Positions 13,256 through 27,725 of a stretch of DNA of 64,000 nucleotides are shown here, in pieces. Numbering within the stretch: the first letter of the stretch is position 1; each line of letters begins with the position of its first letter. The stretch is from Octopus sinensis (Eukaryota), in NCBI RefSeq assembly GCF_006345805.1, contig NC_043014.1:52204001-52268000 (forward strand), read 5' to 3'. A program made the translations under genes and the position numbers. Under the pieces are notes generated by a model that was not told the origin of the DNA, searched no databases, and saw nothing but the letters and a program-made list of their open reading frames with translations.

Positions 13256-13880
13256 GTAGTTAGTTAGTTAGTTAGTTAATTTGGCTCAAAAGCAAATGGC
13301 AAGGCCATGTAGGGGGACATGGAGTTAAGTACAGGGTGGTGTTCATGTAAAGAGTTCAGGCCACTTGAGGTCCAGGGAGGCTTTGAACAAAGCGGTCGTC
13401 GGCATCTTCACCATCTCGTCTGGCACCTTGTTCCACGGATCCGCAGATTTGCCCGACGACCTCACGCAACACACCCTTCTATTTGCCGACGATATCAAAC
13501 TGGTCGCTCCTCGCGGTGATATAGAGGATCTTCTTCGATGCCTCCACCAAATTTGGAAGTGGCCTAACGATTGGGACCTGTGTCTGAACGTGTCAAAGTG
13601 CTGTCATCTGCCTGTTGGCTCTCCTCCTGCAACTCAACTTGATTTCGAGCCGGGTCGTCTGCTGCTGGAGAGGACCGATCAGGTAAAGGACCTGGGTATC
13701 TTGGTGGATTCCTCCTTTTCGCCTTCGGCCCAGTGCGTCCATGCTGCCAACAAAGCACGCGGAATTATGTTCTTGATTCGACGGTCATTCGGAATGCTCA
13801 CAGCAGCCATATTCCTACCACTCTATGTCACGCTGGTGAGACCCATATTGGAGTATGGGATTCAAACCTCTTCTCCTTAT
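13256..13880 (-). mobile_element. CR1-clade LINE insertion with 5' inversion: 3' end on minus strand (13256-13445), RT fragment on plus strand (13446-13880)
   Basis: Minus: ADPWNKVPDEMVKMPTTALFKASLDLKWPELFT*, then a 3' UTR and (CTAA)n tail. Plus from 13446: DLPDDLTQHTLLFADDIKL...VKDLGILVD...LYVTLVRPILEYG...SPY. Confidence 0.85.
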
Positions 13881-13884
13881 GATA

Positions 13885-13998
13885 CGATTCTGGAACAATT
13901 CCATGGTGTGCCACTTTGAGCATGTCTTCAACTGTAGATCTGGAACAAACGATGCCTTGTGACGGAATTTAGTTCATAGACACTATGCGGTGGTTCCC

Positions 13999-14034
<36 letters not shown>

Positions 14035-14200
14035 GTACGTGTTTGTGTGTGTGTGAGTGTGTGTATTTGTGCCATTGAGTTTGTCTTTCACCGCCTGACG
14101 TCCCGCATTATTTTATTTCCATTTCTGTAACATGGCGGTTCGATTTAAAAAGACTAAGAGCATAAGATGTAAACAGATGAATCTGTGCTGGTACAAAACC
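13885..14200 (+). mobile_element. Old, diverged SINE related to family A
   Basis: caattccatggtgtgccactttgagcatgtcttc...gccttgtgacggaatttag and gtaacatggcggttcg resemble family A head and body, with an internal (TATC)n/(GT)n tract. Confidence 0.45.
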
Positions 14201-14522
14201 GATCCGCATAACATTGTTACTTGATAACCCAGCATTACTTTAAGCCAAAATCTGACGAACGTTATATAACCACACTTGAAGCTTTATCTACAATCTTCTA
14301 ACGTAACACGTTCAATCTCTTAATACATTGCCTTATAAATGCTGATTCAGCATATAGTTTCTCATCTATAGAGCAGTGCTGTGATGTTCATATTTCATGT
14401 GAATGTTAAACTCTACACGCTCACACTTTATTTAAGGTTGTCTACTCCACAGACATCGCTGATCGATCATATCTAATATCAAACGCACACACATTCTAGC
14501 CACACCATGTTTATTACTATTA

Positions 14523-14752
14523 AGGCGTTGTGCTGGCAGAATTGTTACCAGGCCGGGCAAAATGCTTCGCGGCATTTCGTCAGTCTTAACATTCTGAGTT
14601 CAAATTGCGCAGGGTTTGACTTCACCTTTCATCCTTTCGAGGTCTATAAATTAAGGACCAGTTCAGTACAGAGGTCAATGTAATCGTCTTATCTCCTCAC
14701 CAAAGATTTCAGGTCTTGTGCCAATAGTAGAAAGGCGTATTATTATTATAGA

Positions 14753-14794
<42 letters not shown>

Positions 14795-15235
14795 GGCAGC
14801 GAGTTGACAGAACTGTTAGCACACTGGATGACATTCTTAGCGGTATTTCACCCGCGCTACGATCTGATTTCAAATTCCGCCCAGGTGGACTTTACCTTTC
14901 ATCCTTTCGGAATCGATACATTAAGCACCATTGAACAACTAGGGCGATGTAATCGACTAGTCCTTTCACCCAAATCTTCGGGCCTTATTCCTCTAATAGA
15001 AAGCATTATTATTATTATAAAGGCGGAGAGCTTGGAAAAAGGCTTAGCAGGACAAAATGCTTAGTGGCTTTTCGTTCGTCTTTACGTTCAGAGTTCAAAT
15101 TCCAACGAGATCAACTTTGCATTTCATCCTTTCCCGGTCTCTTAAATAAATACCAGAAACAATTGGAGTCGATGTAGTCAACTCACCCTCTCCCCCGAAA
15201 TTGCTGGCTTCGTGCAAAAATTTCAATCCATTATT
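14523..15235 (+). mobile_element. Three head-to-tail SINE family B' copies (14523-14793, 14794-15019, 15020-15235) separated by (ATT)n tails
   Basis: Each unit has ggc.gcgag.tggcagaa, gagttcaaattcc (B-box), gactttgcctttcatcctttc and an ATT tail. Confidence 0.8.
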
Positions 15236-15833
15236 TTGAAATATTGTCTAAGACATCTTTATGAAACTACTCATATAAGTCTTCTCGGAAATGTTGCCGC
15301 TTTTATCTAGAAGACAACTGATTATATAAACACACTGAGTCACAATTGCTGACACACACCAATTAAAAATATCGTTTTAAATTATAGTTCTGACGTTTTG
15401 AGCTGTAAAATTTGGTGCATATTACGTTTGTGTTAGACTTTTCAGACCGATAATTTATTTTGCTATACAAGAAATCAATAAACAAAACACTTCAGTATTT
15501 GCTCGGAGGCGGCTCAATTCATTTAGCTCACTTATCTGTTGATGAACGCATATTGTCAACTCTATCGTCTCTTGTCTATGAAATCTAACGCTTCGTTCCA
15601 ATCTCAATAACCTGTGTGTGTGTGTGTCCGTGTCTAGTGATTGTAAGTGTTGAATGTGTGTAGATATCATTTGAGTGTTTATATTACTGTAGAGTGATTG
15701 CATTATGTAGCTATTTACAGTGTATAGATTTTACAGCTAATGCATGTACATATCTGTATATTGATATGTATTTATAAGCACATATACACAAATGTATATA
15801 TATATTTATGCATATAGATATAGTTCTCTCTCA

Positions 15834-15865
<32 letters not shown>

Positions 15866-16069
15866 CGCACATGCATACATGCTATTTTGTTTTCCAATTT
15901 GCGATATTGTGTATAGTGATATAATGTCAAAGGAAAGGAATATTTTCTCAAGAACTGATATCAACTACTTAAACTTGCATAGAATATTTAATATCTCTAT
16001 AAATATATATTTCGAAAGAAAACGATGGTAGCCTGTTCATTTTCCGACTGTGTCGGCAAATACAAACTA

Positions 16070-16324
16070 CATGGAATGCGTTGGGTCCTTGAGCAAGACA
16101 CTTTATTTCACGTTGCTCCAGTCCACTCAGCTGGCAAAAATGAGTTGTACTTGTATTTCAAAGGGTCAGCCTTGTCACTCTCTGTGTCACGCTGATTATC
16201 CCCGAGAACTACGTTAAGGGTTCACGTGTCTGTGGAGTGCTCAGCCACTTGCACGTTAATTTCACGAGCAAGCTGTTCCGTTGATCGTATCAGCTGGGAC
16301 CCTCGTCGTCGTAACCGGCGGAGT
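16070..16324 (+). mobile_element. SINE family C (5'-degenerate)
   Basis: ccttgagcaagacact core. The 3' ~190 bp match the reverse complement of 29728-29910. Confidence 0.75.
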
Positions 16325-16956
16325 TTTAAAGACATGGAATGCGCATTACACGTCTATGCTTACTTACATAAACACACAGCACCAAATATACACTTATACT
16401 TAGCAGGACATAGACACACTTACACGTTTCAGAAAATTTATTTGGAGCAAATATAAAATATGTCCAAGTATTGCGACACACTTCATACAACAAACAATTT
16501 TTTCTACTAGTTGTTTTCGCCAAAAAAAAATCGTTTACAAATGTCCGTTAAATTCTTTAAACTAGAGAAACATAAATCAACAGCGATTCATTGATTTCAG
16601 TACATACACATTCGTTATTACACATACACACCACATGTACATATATAAATATCTACACCATATACACACACACACGCAAACACGGGGGTCCCCCCGCCAA
16701 TATATATGTACACACACATACAGGCATATTCACCGGTGTCGTCTTATCTCTAGACAATGTGATAACCTTTTGAATACTGGCATGTCACATTTGAAGGATA
16801 CGAAATTCTTGCAATTATCTCCCCTTATGATAAGGAGCCGGTCTCAGTTATTGCTTGAATATTAAACCACATGCATATATAGTGGCGGAAATATTTTATT
16901 TCAAGAGTATGTTGTATGGCATTTAGTATTCTTGTATTTGTCTATGGTGTTTATTT

Positions 16957-17002
<46 letters not shown>

Positions 17003-17502
17003 TATATATCCACGGAGTGTGATGTAAGAAACGTCAATGGCAAACCGAAATGACTTATTCATACCAACCGAAAAAGCAGACCAAATTATATGAAACTAAA
17101 TAAATATTCACAATTTGTCCAATTTGCTCTATGTTAGATTTACTCATGTTCAACCAAACAATTTATAAAAATGGATACGAATGAAGTCTGAAACTCTATT
17201 GAATTAAGAAACGAAAAAAAAAACATTTGAAGACAAACAACTAGCTGTTAATTTATGCATTATATAAGCTCAGTGTAACATTTGGAATTTGTTCTTGGTG
17301 AAACCGAACGGCGTAAGTATATTTCCAATTTGTATATTTAATAGAAGGCGCTGCTTCTGACGGAGAGGCTGTTTCTGCGTCGAATATTTATTAACTGGAA
17401 AATTTATTTCCTACTGTGTTTGTTTCTTGTCTTTAACCTCCGTGCTATCGGCTTAAAGGAGAGCTCCAAGAGCACAAACTGTATTGAAAAATTGTTTCTA
17501 CT

Positions 17503-17787
17503 AAGCAGTTGTTCTCGATGAAAAAAGTGGTGGTAGTACCAATAATTGTCGGAGCTCTAGGAACAGTGAATAAAAATCTTGAGAACTAAATGGAACAAAT
17601 AGTGGCTCCAATAAGGGCGGAGCACTTGCAGAAAACAGCACTGCCTGGAACCGTTCGAAAACTCCACAAGGTGCTCGAAAAATAAGGGCTGGTATCTTAG
17701 TTCACAGGTAGTGACCGTAGTACATCTCCTGCGTTAGAAACTGTACAAAGGCAATAATAAAATAATAACGACGATGATAATAATAAT
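17503..17787 (+). mobile_element. 3' end of an R4/Dong-like LINE (restriction-like endonuclease C-terminus, (AAT)n tail)
   Basis: 17503-17685 translates KQLFSMKKVVVVPIIVGALGTVNKNLEN*MEQIVAPIRAEHLQKTALPGTVRKLHKVLEK*, matching the R4-clade P(I/V)V(I/V)GALG...LQK.ALLGT..ILRKVL pattern; one in-frame stop. Confidence 0.75.
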
Positions 17788-17788
17788 C

Positions 17789-17997
17789 CCTTCTACAATA
17801 GCCGCAAGGAATGATATTAGAAGGGGAGGTGTCTAGTTGAGTATATCAACGCCAGTGTTTCGCTAGTAGAGCTTTCATCGATTCCAAAATGGATGAATGA
17901 GAATATCGACCTCCGTAGCCGTTAAACGTAGAATGTAAAGCCGGAAGAAATGCTGCTCAGCATTTTGTCCGGTTGCTACCGATTCTGCTGCTTCGCA
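17789..17997 (-). mobile_element. Diverged SINE family B'
   Basis: Reverse complement has gcgaagcagcagaatcggtagc head, gaggtcgat and a tail abutting (AAT)n. Confidence 0.6.
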
Positions 17998-19635
17998 ATA
18001 TTTAGTTCAACGCTGTCATGCACCTCCCACATCGCCCCCTACTATTTACTTATAAATAGCGGTTACTGATTTAGTTGCAAGGCCTGCAAATTTGAAGTGA
18101 GATTATCAGACGATCACATCGACCTCACTCTTTGACTGGTGCAGGATTTTCATATGACATTGCTTATGTATTCATAGGGGTTTCATATAACTTAGTTGAA
18201 AGAAGATTATCGTTCAGCGTTTCCATTCTCCAAAACACTTGGTCCGGTGCTAAGTTTAAAGGAAGAGTCAAAGCGGTGATTCTTGTTTAATCAAGCGGTC
18301 AATTCCATACGGTTCTGATCAATATCCGTATATTTTAACCTAGCTATTCATCCCCTGAAGACAGGATTCAAATAGGATGGAAGAATGGTTTTCAAGAAGC
18401 AAAGTAACTACAATTGGAAATATTTAATGAGACACAGAAAACATATAGGTTCTTACTAGTAAATGAAACAGAAAATATAAAACACAGAAAACGAACGAGA
18501 AAATAAACGCTCAGCCATCTTATTTCTAAATAAGGTGGCTATACAAGTTATCAATTAATGCTCCGACATAAACTGGTTACGAAGTTAAATGATGAATTTT
18601 GATACACAGGCCAGGATACATGTGGCAGCAGACAGAATCCATCACGCTAGGGTTTGTATATAAATATATATATATACCTACGTTGCTGAGAAGAAAGCGA
18701 TGCCCTAATACATATAAAAAACAACAAGAGTGACATATAAAACTATAAGAAGCCATTAATTAATAAATTGTTATATATGTAGACGTAAGATAATTGCACG
18801 CTTGAAGCTAAAGATATTTAGTTGAGTTTCAAACGAAAAGAAAAAAAAAATGTTCAAATCTTCAAAGGCCAAAATCATAATATTTTCTCCAAAATATTTC
18901 AAAGAAAATACGAAGAACAAAATCACTCCAAGGACAACATCCTATGAAATTTACATCAGAGGAAATAACCATAAGATGTAGTTTTAATTGCACAATAAAT
19001 TTAGTCACACTTCTTGCTTAGGGACAAAATTCAAGAAATATGAAATAATGATAAAATTCAAATCAAGTATATATTGTACAGTCGCTACGATAAGACGTTT
19101 GTTTCTACTTCCAATCCTTGTCATCACAATCATCCCAAAAGCATCACCATTAGTATATGTTTGTATACTGACCAATATGACGAAACTTCGTCCCGAAACA
19201 AATAAGAAGAGGTATAGACCGAGTGTTGCTGATGCACAACATTAGGGTTTGTCAATTCAGAATGACAAGCAGATCATATACAAATCGATTTAATTAACCA
19301 CAGTGATTAACTGGTAGTTTCTTTAAATAGAACCCAGAAGTCAATTTAATGGAGTTCTGGAAGTGAAATCGTAGCACTATTTAAGCTAAATATTTGAAGC
19401 TGAAACTTTACTCACCCGAGAAGATTCGCCGAACATAATATTTATCAATAAACACTACGTCATATCCTTTATAAATAATGCATGTATCTTTACGCAATTC
19501 ACTGTATTTCATATGATGGAGAATAGGTTTTCTTATTTAGGTGGACTTTGCAGATTCCCGCCTTCCATGTAAATATTAGAATGTTTTATATAACAGCAAT
19601 TCTTGAGAACTAAACACAATTTCAAATATATATCG

Positions 19636-19760
19636 CAAGAGTTTGGTCGGCCCGAGCCTATTGAAGAAGACACTAAACTAAGGTGTCTTGCAATGGGACT
19701 GAACCCGGAAACACGTGCTTGAGAAGCAAGCTTTTTATCACACAACCAGAACTGCTCCTA
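19636..19760 (-). mobile_element. SINE family A head fragment (diverged)
   Basis: tggtcggcccgag..gaagacact..gggactgaacccggaa matches family A 5' half on the minus strand. Confidence 0.65.
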
Positions 19761-20760
19761 CATATATACAGAGAGAGAGAGAGAGAGGGAGAAAAGGAGA
19801 GAGAGAGAGAGATGAACATACAAACATAAAGCTATATGTCTATGGTGAGGTCGTGTTACATACTCTACATGTTAATCTAATTCTTAATATTTTATCAAAA
19901 ATATATATATAAATTTCAGAACATAGCCTTGAAAAGGAAAAGACACAATAAAATGGATGGAATAATAAAATACATTTTAAATATCTACGAAATGAATACT
20001 GTACTTATTATATTGCAATAATACAAAGATTTTAACAAACACGATATGACCATTGGCGCCAAACTGCAGCAATACGTGTCCAGAGACAGTTTACCGAGAT
20101 TATTGTGAACGAGTTGGGAATTTAGGAAACAAATATAATAACGTAGACCATAGCTCCGTTGTCAACAGATGTCATTTAAAAACTATTCTAGGTAGTATGT
20201 TAGTTTCATTCGTAAAAGTTTATGTACCTAATTATATATACGTTTCAGTGTTATATACTTGCATCTGAAGTCCAATATTTTGTGACACACTGAGCGTGTA
20301 TACAGAGACAATAGAATGATATAAAATGGAATATATGTCACATTTTATTTAGAATTTTGCTCTATTTCTCATCTGACAGATTATTTAGTTCCACCAATTT
20401 TTGTTATTATTATTGAAATAAAATGAATTTAAAACAAGATTTAAGAAAAAACAGTGTGATCGATACTGTAAATAGTGGTGTCTATATCAATGCGTCTGTA
20501 TGAGTTTGTACCAAATATTATATTATATATATATATATATATACGTTTATAGAAATGGCTGACGGTTAGTAAGGAGAGACACAAATAAGAAAGAAAACAA
20601 AGGACCACTGATGCGGGCACAGGCGTGTGACGAAAGAACTCTGGCCGAAATAAGATTAAGATTAATGTAAAACATAAACAACACTGAAGCAAAGTAACAC
20701 CAAATATATAGTGCGTGTGATTTTATTGTCTAAAATGGCAAAATGACCATTCCGAAATAG

Positions 20761-20812
<52 letters not shown>

Positions 20813-21063
20813 CAAAATTTGAAACTAATATAAGAGGGGATAAAAATAAATTTTAATACAAGTTCATCTTGTGCGTACATCTTACCAGACACAAACGCAC
20901 ACATGCGCACACATTTTTGCTTGCATATGTGCACGTAGCATTTGCACTTATATCTTCTGCATAAAGACTCCGTAGGTGTTCAATCACACAGTTAGATATA
21001 GCGTTCAAAAACACTGCAGGACCGATTCGTCAAGGTTCGTATTATTCGTTATTATACACACAC

Positions 21064-21095
<32 letters not shown>

Positions 21096-21145
21096 GTTAG
21101 GCATATATAAATGTATATGTGCATATATGTATATAAATATGTCTG

Positions 21146-21198
<53 letters not shown>

Positions 21199-22022
21199 TC
21201 TATATATATATAAATATATATGAATATAAATACATGTGTATATATGTATATATAGATGTGTATATATGTATGTGTATATATATGCATATGCATATATATG
21301 TATACTTGTGTGTGGGGGAGTGTTGGATAAGACTGCACGTGCTTGGGTTCTACTAAATTAAATCTCACGATATCGTCCAGGTTTTGTCAGCAGCACCAGG
21401 CGGCGGCCCCATGTGTCTTATTGTGCAGGGGTTTTTTTTTTTATTTTTCTTCTAAGTATCTACAAGAACCTACCTTCACCTTTGAAATTTCATTCCTTCT
21501 TTTTTATTTTTTTCATGGCTTGGACATTAAGGCAATAATTCCGTCACTACTAACCGCCTTTCCACAGACAGAAATTGTGATTATTTGGTCATAAAAAATA
21601 TATGGTATTACATGACAACGTTGTAACTCAATACCTATATAATTCCAGGAAGACAGCTATCAAGACATTTATTTATATTTTTTCTACTCTTTTTTGCTGA
21701 AGTCACCGAATGTTTCTTTTGACATTTCTAGAAAGAAATGTCTCCCATTGAGCTTTCAAGAAGCGATTATAAATTTACAGACCAATCGCTAGAGAGAGAC
21801 ACCACCAGAACACGACTTAGTGTATAGCTGAGACAATGCGCTAGACACTTAACTAGCTTGACCTTATATTCTTGGTGACTGAATATGATAAATGTTGAAA
21901 ATGTTAAAAAGAAAGCCGCTTGGTTTCGGCGACACGGCTCAAGAACCTCTTATCAAAAACTTAACATGAACACAAATACGTACAAGTGCACACACACACA
22001 CATATATATTATATATATTATT

Positions 22023-22053
<31 letters not shown>

Positions 22054-22459
22054 ATATATATATATATTATATATATATTATATATATTATATATATATTA
22101 TATACATATTATATATATATACACACACCACACACATATGCCATGAAGCAAGATGTTTATTGCATCGATAAATATATCTACTTGCTTTCTTACTTTCTTA
22201 TGATTTTTACAGAATTGTTTTTTTGTTTACGTTATTTTATTATTTTTTTATTTTTTGGGTTTTGTTTTTTGTACATTTAATAAATCAGACTTTCAAAGAA
22301 TTCACAGTGAAATTGATTTTGTTAGCCAACATAACATAAAAAAAAAATTATTTTACGTCGACCATTAGATGTCTTTGATATATTTTATAAAATATGACCC
22401 GATATATATGAGTGTGTGTATGTGAGAGTATGTGAACGTGTGCTACATATAGCTATTAC

Positions 22460-22494
22460 AATATATGTGTTTACATATATGTATACGTATTATG

Positions 22495-22551
<57 letters not shown>

Positions 22552-22669
22552 ACGCATTTGTGTGTGCGTTCGAATATGTTTATAAATACATCATCGCATT
22601 AAGTATGCTTACGAGTAAATGCCTGAATATAAGTATTACAATATATATAAATACGTTTGTAAGAATACG

Positions 22670-22710
<41 letters not shown>

Positions 22711-22813
22711 TATATCCTTACAAAATATATATATATATATATATACACATCTATGCATGCATAAATATATACGCATATGTCCACATGCATCCATACATAC
22801 ACACGCATATATA

Positions 22814-22859
<46 letters not shown>

Positions 22860-23542
22860 ATGTATATATGTACGTATATACACACTTCATATCTACTCAC
22901 AGACAAGTATTCTATTGGAACTATTTAACTGCCGAATGTATGCTTCGTGGAGTAAATGTCTTGCAAATCTCCTTCCTCAAAGCGGTGCCTCATAAACATC
23001 GAAGTTTATATATATATATACATATATATACATATAATCGTTCAAAACATTTAACAGGAAACTTTGAATGCACTACATGAAGAGAGAATATTTGAATAGG
23101 GTACACTGAACATGAATGCATAAGTCATAAATATCTGAAAAACCCAATATCTTTATTGTACGGAAGTATTAACATATCGTAAAGTGTGCTGGTCTCAATG
23201 AAAAGGAACAGAAGAGAAACACCGACTGCAAGAGCAGGAACGAAGCAGGTTCCTCTGTGTGTATGATCTCAGGTGTGTAGTAAAATGTTTTAGTAGTTGC
23301 GTTGGAGTAATGCACAAACCGCGTTCTCTTTGTGCGCGCCCATACAGAGAGAGAGGTTTATATATATATATATGTATATTTGTATGTATATATGTATATA
23401 TATATATATATGTATGTATATATATATGTATGTATATATATATGTATGTATGTATATATATATGTATATATATATATATATGTATATGCATATATATATG
23501 TATGTATATATATATTTATGTATATGCATATATATATGTATG

Positions 23543-23575
<33 letters not shown>

Positions 23576-24019
23576 GTATATGTATATGTAAATATATGTA
23601 TATGTATATGTAAATATATGTGTATATATATGTATATATATGTGTATATATATGTATATATATTTGTATATATATGTATATATATATGTGTATATATATA
23701 TATGTGTGTGTATATATATATGTGTATATATATATGTGTGTGTATATATATATGTGTGTATATATATATATGTGTGTATATATATATGTGTGTACATATA
23801 TATGTGTGTACATATATATGTGTGTACATATATATATGTGTGTACATATATATATGTGTGTATATATATATGTGTGTACATATATATATGTGTATATATA
23901 TATATTCAACATGTTTCCTTCCTTTATAAACTTGTTTGTATATATTCATATGCATGTGGGTGGGTGTGCATATATGCCTACACGCATGTGCTTCTGTGTA
24001 TGTATTCATCTCTCTTGTC

Positions 24020-24060
<41 letters not shown>

Positions 24061-24075
24061 TGTGTGTGTGTGTGC
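22460..24075. repeat. Two large (AT)n/(ATGT)n/(GT)n tracts (22460-22880 and 23358-24075)
   Basis: Direct reading. Confidence 0.9.
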
Positions 24076-25046
24076 GCGCGTACTTCAGTGCGTGTATGCA
24101 TGGAAATACACATGCACCAAACAGACAGACGCATAGAACTCGTGCTCGTACGGACACATGTGTCTTGACATGCTGAGAGAGGAAAATAATGAGAGAGAGA
24201 GAGAAAGAGAGAGAGACCAGCATGCATACCTACTCATACGCAATCGTAACACAAACACTTATTCATGTAGATTTTACTTGCACAGCTTATCTCTGATTAA
24301 CGTACGATCATATTATTATTATTATCATTATTATTATTATTATATCGATTATTTCAACGAACAAACGAACCAATTTAGTAACATAACACAGATTTTCAAA
24401 GAAGTGTGGATTTTATTGGAGAGTGGTATACCTGGTTACGTTTCTAAAATTTATTATCATCATTGAATATTATTATTATTATTATTATTATTAGTAGTAG
24501 TAGTAGTAGTCGTAGTATTACTATTATTATACATATTTGTTTCCTTTTTTGTATTGTAAATTCAAATTGTGCTAGTTTTCATATATATTTTTTATTTCCT
24601 AGTAACAGAAAAGTCGATAATTTGTGAGGTAATAGCACTCATTCATCGATTAGTATAAGTACCTTTAACTTTGCGTACGAAAAAAGTGTTGTGCCAATTC
24701 GTTTTCCGGATCTTTTAACCAATTTCACTTATAGATTAAGAGTCCTTCAAATCTCAAATGCTACTGTTATTCGTTTGAGAGGGTGAATGGTGTGAAGAGT
24801 CGGTGTGGAAAATAATAAAATTTCGTTTCTTTTAAGAACTTGATGAATAGGTCTGCTTTATAAGAAATGATCTAAGATAAATATTATCATGAATATTGCA
24901 AATCACGTGACGTAGAAATTGTATTCCACACAACACTAAAATATAATGGATTTGGATATCAACAACAATTAAGAATAAATGCTTAGATTTGGATTAGATT
25001 CTCTGTCTCACAAATATATAGGCGTATCTATATATAGAGAAGTGAT

Positions 25047-25465
25047 AAGGCGGCGAGCTGGCAGAAACGTTAGCACGCCGGGCGAAATGCGTAGCCGTAT
25101 TTCGTCTGCCGCTGCGTTCTGAGTTCAAATTCCGCCGAGGTCGACTATGCCTGTCATCCTTCCAGGGTCGATAAATTAAGTAGAAGTTACGCACTGGGGT
25201 TGATATAATCGACTTAATCCATGTGTCTGTCCTTGTTTGTCCTATCTGTGTTTAGCCCCTTTTGGGTAGTAAAGAAATAGGTAATTCGTCTGCCGCTACG
25301 CTCTGAGTTCAAATTCCACCGAGTTCGACTATGCCTGTCATCCTTCCAGGGTCGATAAGTTAAGTACCAGTTACGCACTGGGGTCGATGTAATCGACGTA
25401 ATCCGTTCGTCTATCCTTGTTTGTCCCCTCTATGTGTAGCCCCTTGTAGGTAGTAAAGAAATAGG
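25047..25465 (+). mobile_element. SINE family B: head plus two tandem 184-bp body units
   Basis: Body 25097-25280 (gtatttcgtctgccg...aaagaaatag) is repeated at 25281-25464. Confidence 0.85.
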
Positions 25466-25581
25466 AATGAATACATACACACATGCATATATGTGTATGT
25501 AGGAATATATGAAACATACTATTCGTTACGATATGTGGCTTGTGCCTGATGAAAATGTTTGATGTATTCGTCAATATATGC

Positions 25582-25971
25582 GCAAGAGAGGCTGTGAGGT
25601 AAGTGGCTTGTTTACCAACCACATGGTTCCGGGTTCAGTCCCACTGCGTGGCATCTTGGGCAAGTGTCTTCTGCTATAGCCCCGGGCCGACAAATGCCTT
25701 GTGAGTGGATTTGGTAGACGGAAACTTAAAGAAGCCTGTCGTATATATGTATATATATGTATATGTGTATCTGTGTTTGTCCCCCTAGCATTGCTTGACA
25801 ATCGATGCTGTTATGTTTAAGTCACCGTAACTTAGCGGTTCGGCAAAAGAGACCGATAGAAAAAGTACTGGGCTTACAAAGAATAAGTCTCGGGGTCGAT
25901 TTGCTCGACTAAAGGTGGTGCTCCAGCATGGCCTCAGTCAAATGACTGAAACAAGTAAAAGAGTAAAGAGC
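25582..25971 (+). mobile_element. SINE family A
   Basis: Colinear match to 4341-4758. Confidence 0.85.
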
Positions 25972-26459
25972 ATATGAAACTGCTAGTAGCACATCAAAGC
26001 ATGCATTGTGTCCATCATATGAAGTAATATTTATCCTTCACCAGACGAGGTACAATTTTTATTGATCTTACCATCTTGGAACTGTAAAAATAATAAAATT
26101 AGAAATCGAAAAACCTTGCTACAGAATTATATATTCTAAAAGATGAATAGAAATGACTCTTCTGACAATTTTCCACTTTGATAATTAGATATTTATAAAT
26201 TGTTAGGTGTTTACAAGTCTCTCTAGAGAAAGTTAAATCTTATTTGCTGATGTGTGCTTCTATGTTGGTGATTCTGCATAATGTAAATGTCGAATGATTT
26301 ATAAACAGCTCATTATTAAAGTGGACAAATTATCAGAAATTCCATTTCTCACATCTATAGCTCCACACACACACACACACACACATATATTAATGTATGT
26401 ATATTTATTTCTAAATGAAGCTTTTATGTTTTAGGCAGGTGGAGATTAATCTTTAAGTA

Positions 26460-26770
26460 AAGGGTTTTAGTCAGAGACATAAGCCTCAAATTGGCAGGCG
26501 TTTCCATTGGCATCAATGGAAGTGGAACTCAGGATGTAAAGAGTATAAGAGACTAATGACAGATTTATGTTTTCGGACACTCTACCGATTCTGATTAGGC
26601 AAAATACCAGAGACGTTTGAATGGCAGTTAGTAGGGAACAATACTTTGAATGGCAGGTAGTAGGGAACAATACTTGAGGTCAAATCCATTCTATCGCCCT
26701 TCGATGGAAACAAAACAACGTCGACAAAGAGGGGATTTGATTTGTGGGAGAACTACCGCGAAACATTCCG
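26460..26770 (+). mobile_element. Highly decayed CR1/L2-like LINE fragment containing a 29-bp tandem duplication (26616-26673)
   Basis: Translations IGINGSGTQDVKSIRD and METKQRRQRGDLI resemble the CR1 ORF2 motifs V...RDLG and LE.RRLRGDLI. Confidence 0.4.
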
Positions 26771-27113
26771 TTCCACGCTCTTACGATTCCTCCACTTCGC
26801 CACATTTATCAGCATATGAATATGATTCTAGAAAGCTCCTCGCTAGCATCTCTCACTAGAGTCTGTCAAATCTTATTCTCTGTTAGCGTTTCAGTATGAC
26901 GTTAATTATCTTTTACGTAACTATCATTAATAATATACATGTGTATAGGATATAGTCTATAGCGTTTGCTATTAATATGTAACGATGTATCCTAAGAAAT
27001 TCTTGAACACATATCATGCGTGTTTTTGTAAATAAGATTGCTTGTCTGTCACTTTGGTGCCCAAAGTATAATTTTATTATGACCATCTGTGTATGCTGTC
27101 AATCATTGCTTTT

Positions 27114-27150
<37 letters not shown>

Positions 27151-27233
27151 GTTCAGGCATAATGATATCGGTCTGTGTTCCTGCTTGCGTACAAATTGTT
27201 CATATTCAGTGTACACGCATCTTTCCCCCCACT

Positions 27234-27269
<36 letters not shown>

Positions 27270-27725
27270 CCACATACAGTACTCTACTCAGGCACACGCA
27301 ACCACAGGCATGTACATAAAGAAAAAAAAAACACAACACATATACTCACACATACACGAGAAATGAAAGGAGCCGGTGATTCTTCATTTAACAATATTGC
27401 AAGGAAATTTCTACAGAATACAAATGCACCGCTTCACTAAAAGACATTTCCCAAATGAGTGCTACCACAATTTACCTTTCACGAATATACGTTAATTACC
27501 ACAATTTTCGCTTAATCTATTTAAGTGCTTCTCCAATGATTCATGATCCGGACTTTTCTTCGATATGTTATTTTATAAATATTACTTTGGCCACTACTTT
27601 CAAACACGTCTTCGAAGTTACGACATTCGATTTACAGCTTCGTTTCCACTACAGGCCCATTACATTCGACCAAATCTTGACAGTCTTATTTAACTAGTGG
27701 AAACTTGATGGTGTTACAGTGATAT

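Noticed and set aside
17355-17400. CUGACGG...GAAU motif in a repeat-like segment
   Set aside because: Both core boxes are altered and there is no clear stem I; too degenerate to call.
21780-21960. Possible promoter/5' UTR (CCAAT, GC-richer segment)
   Set aside because: Motifs are too short to be diagnostic without TSS data.
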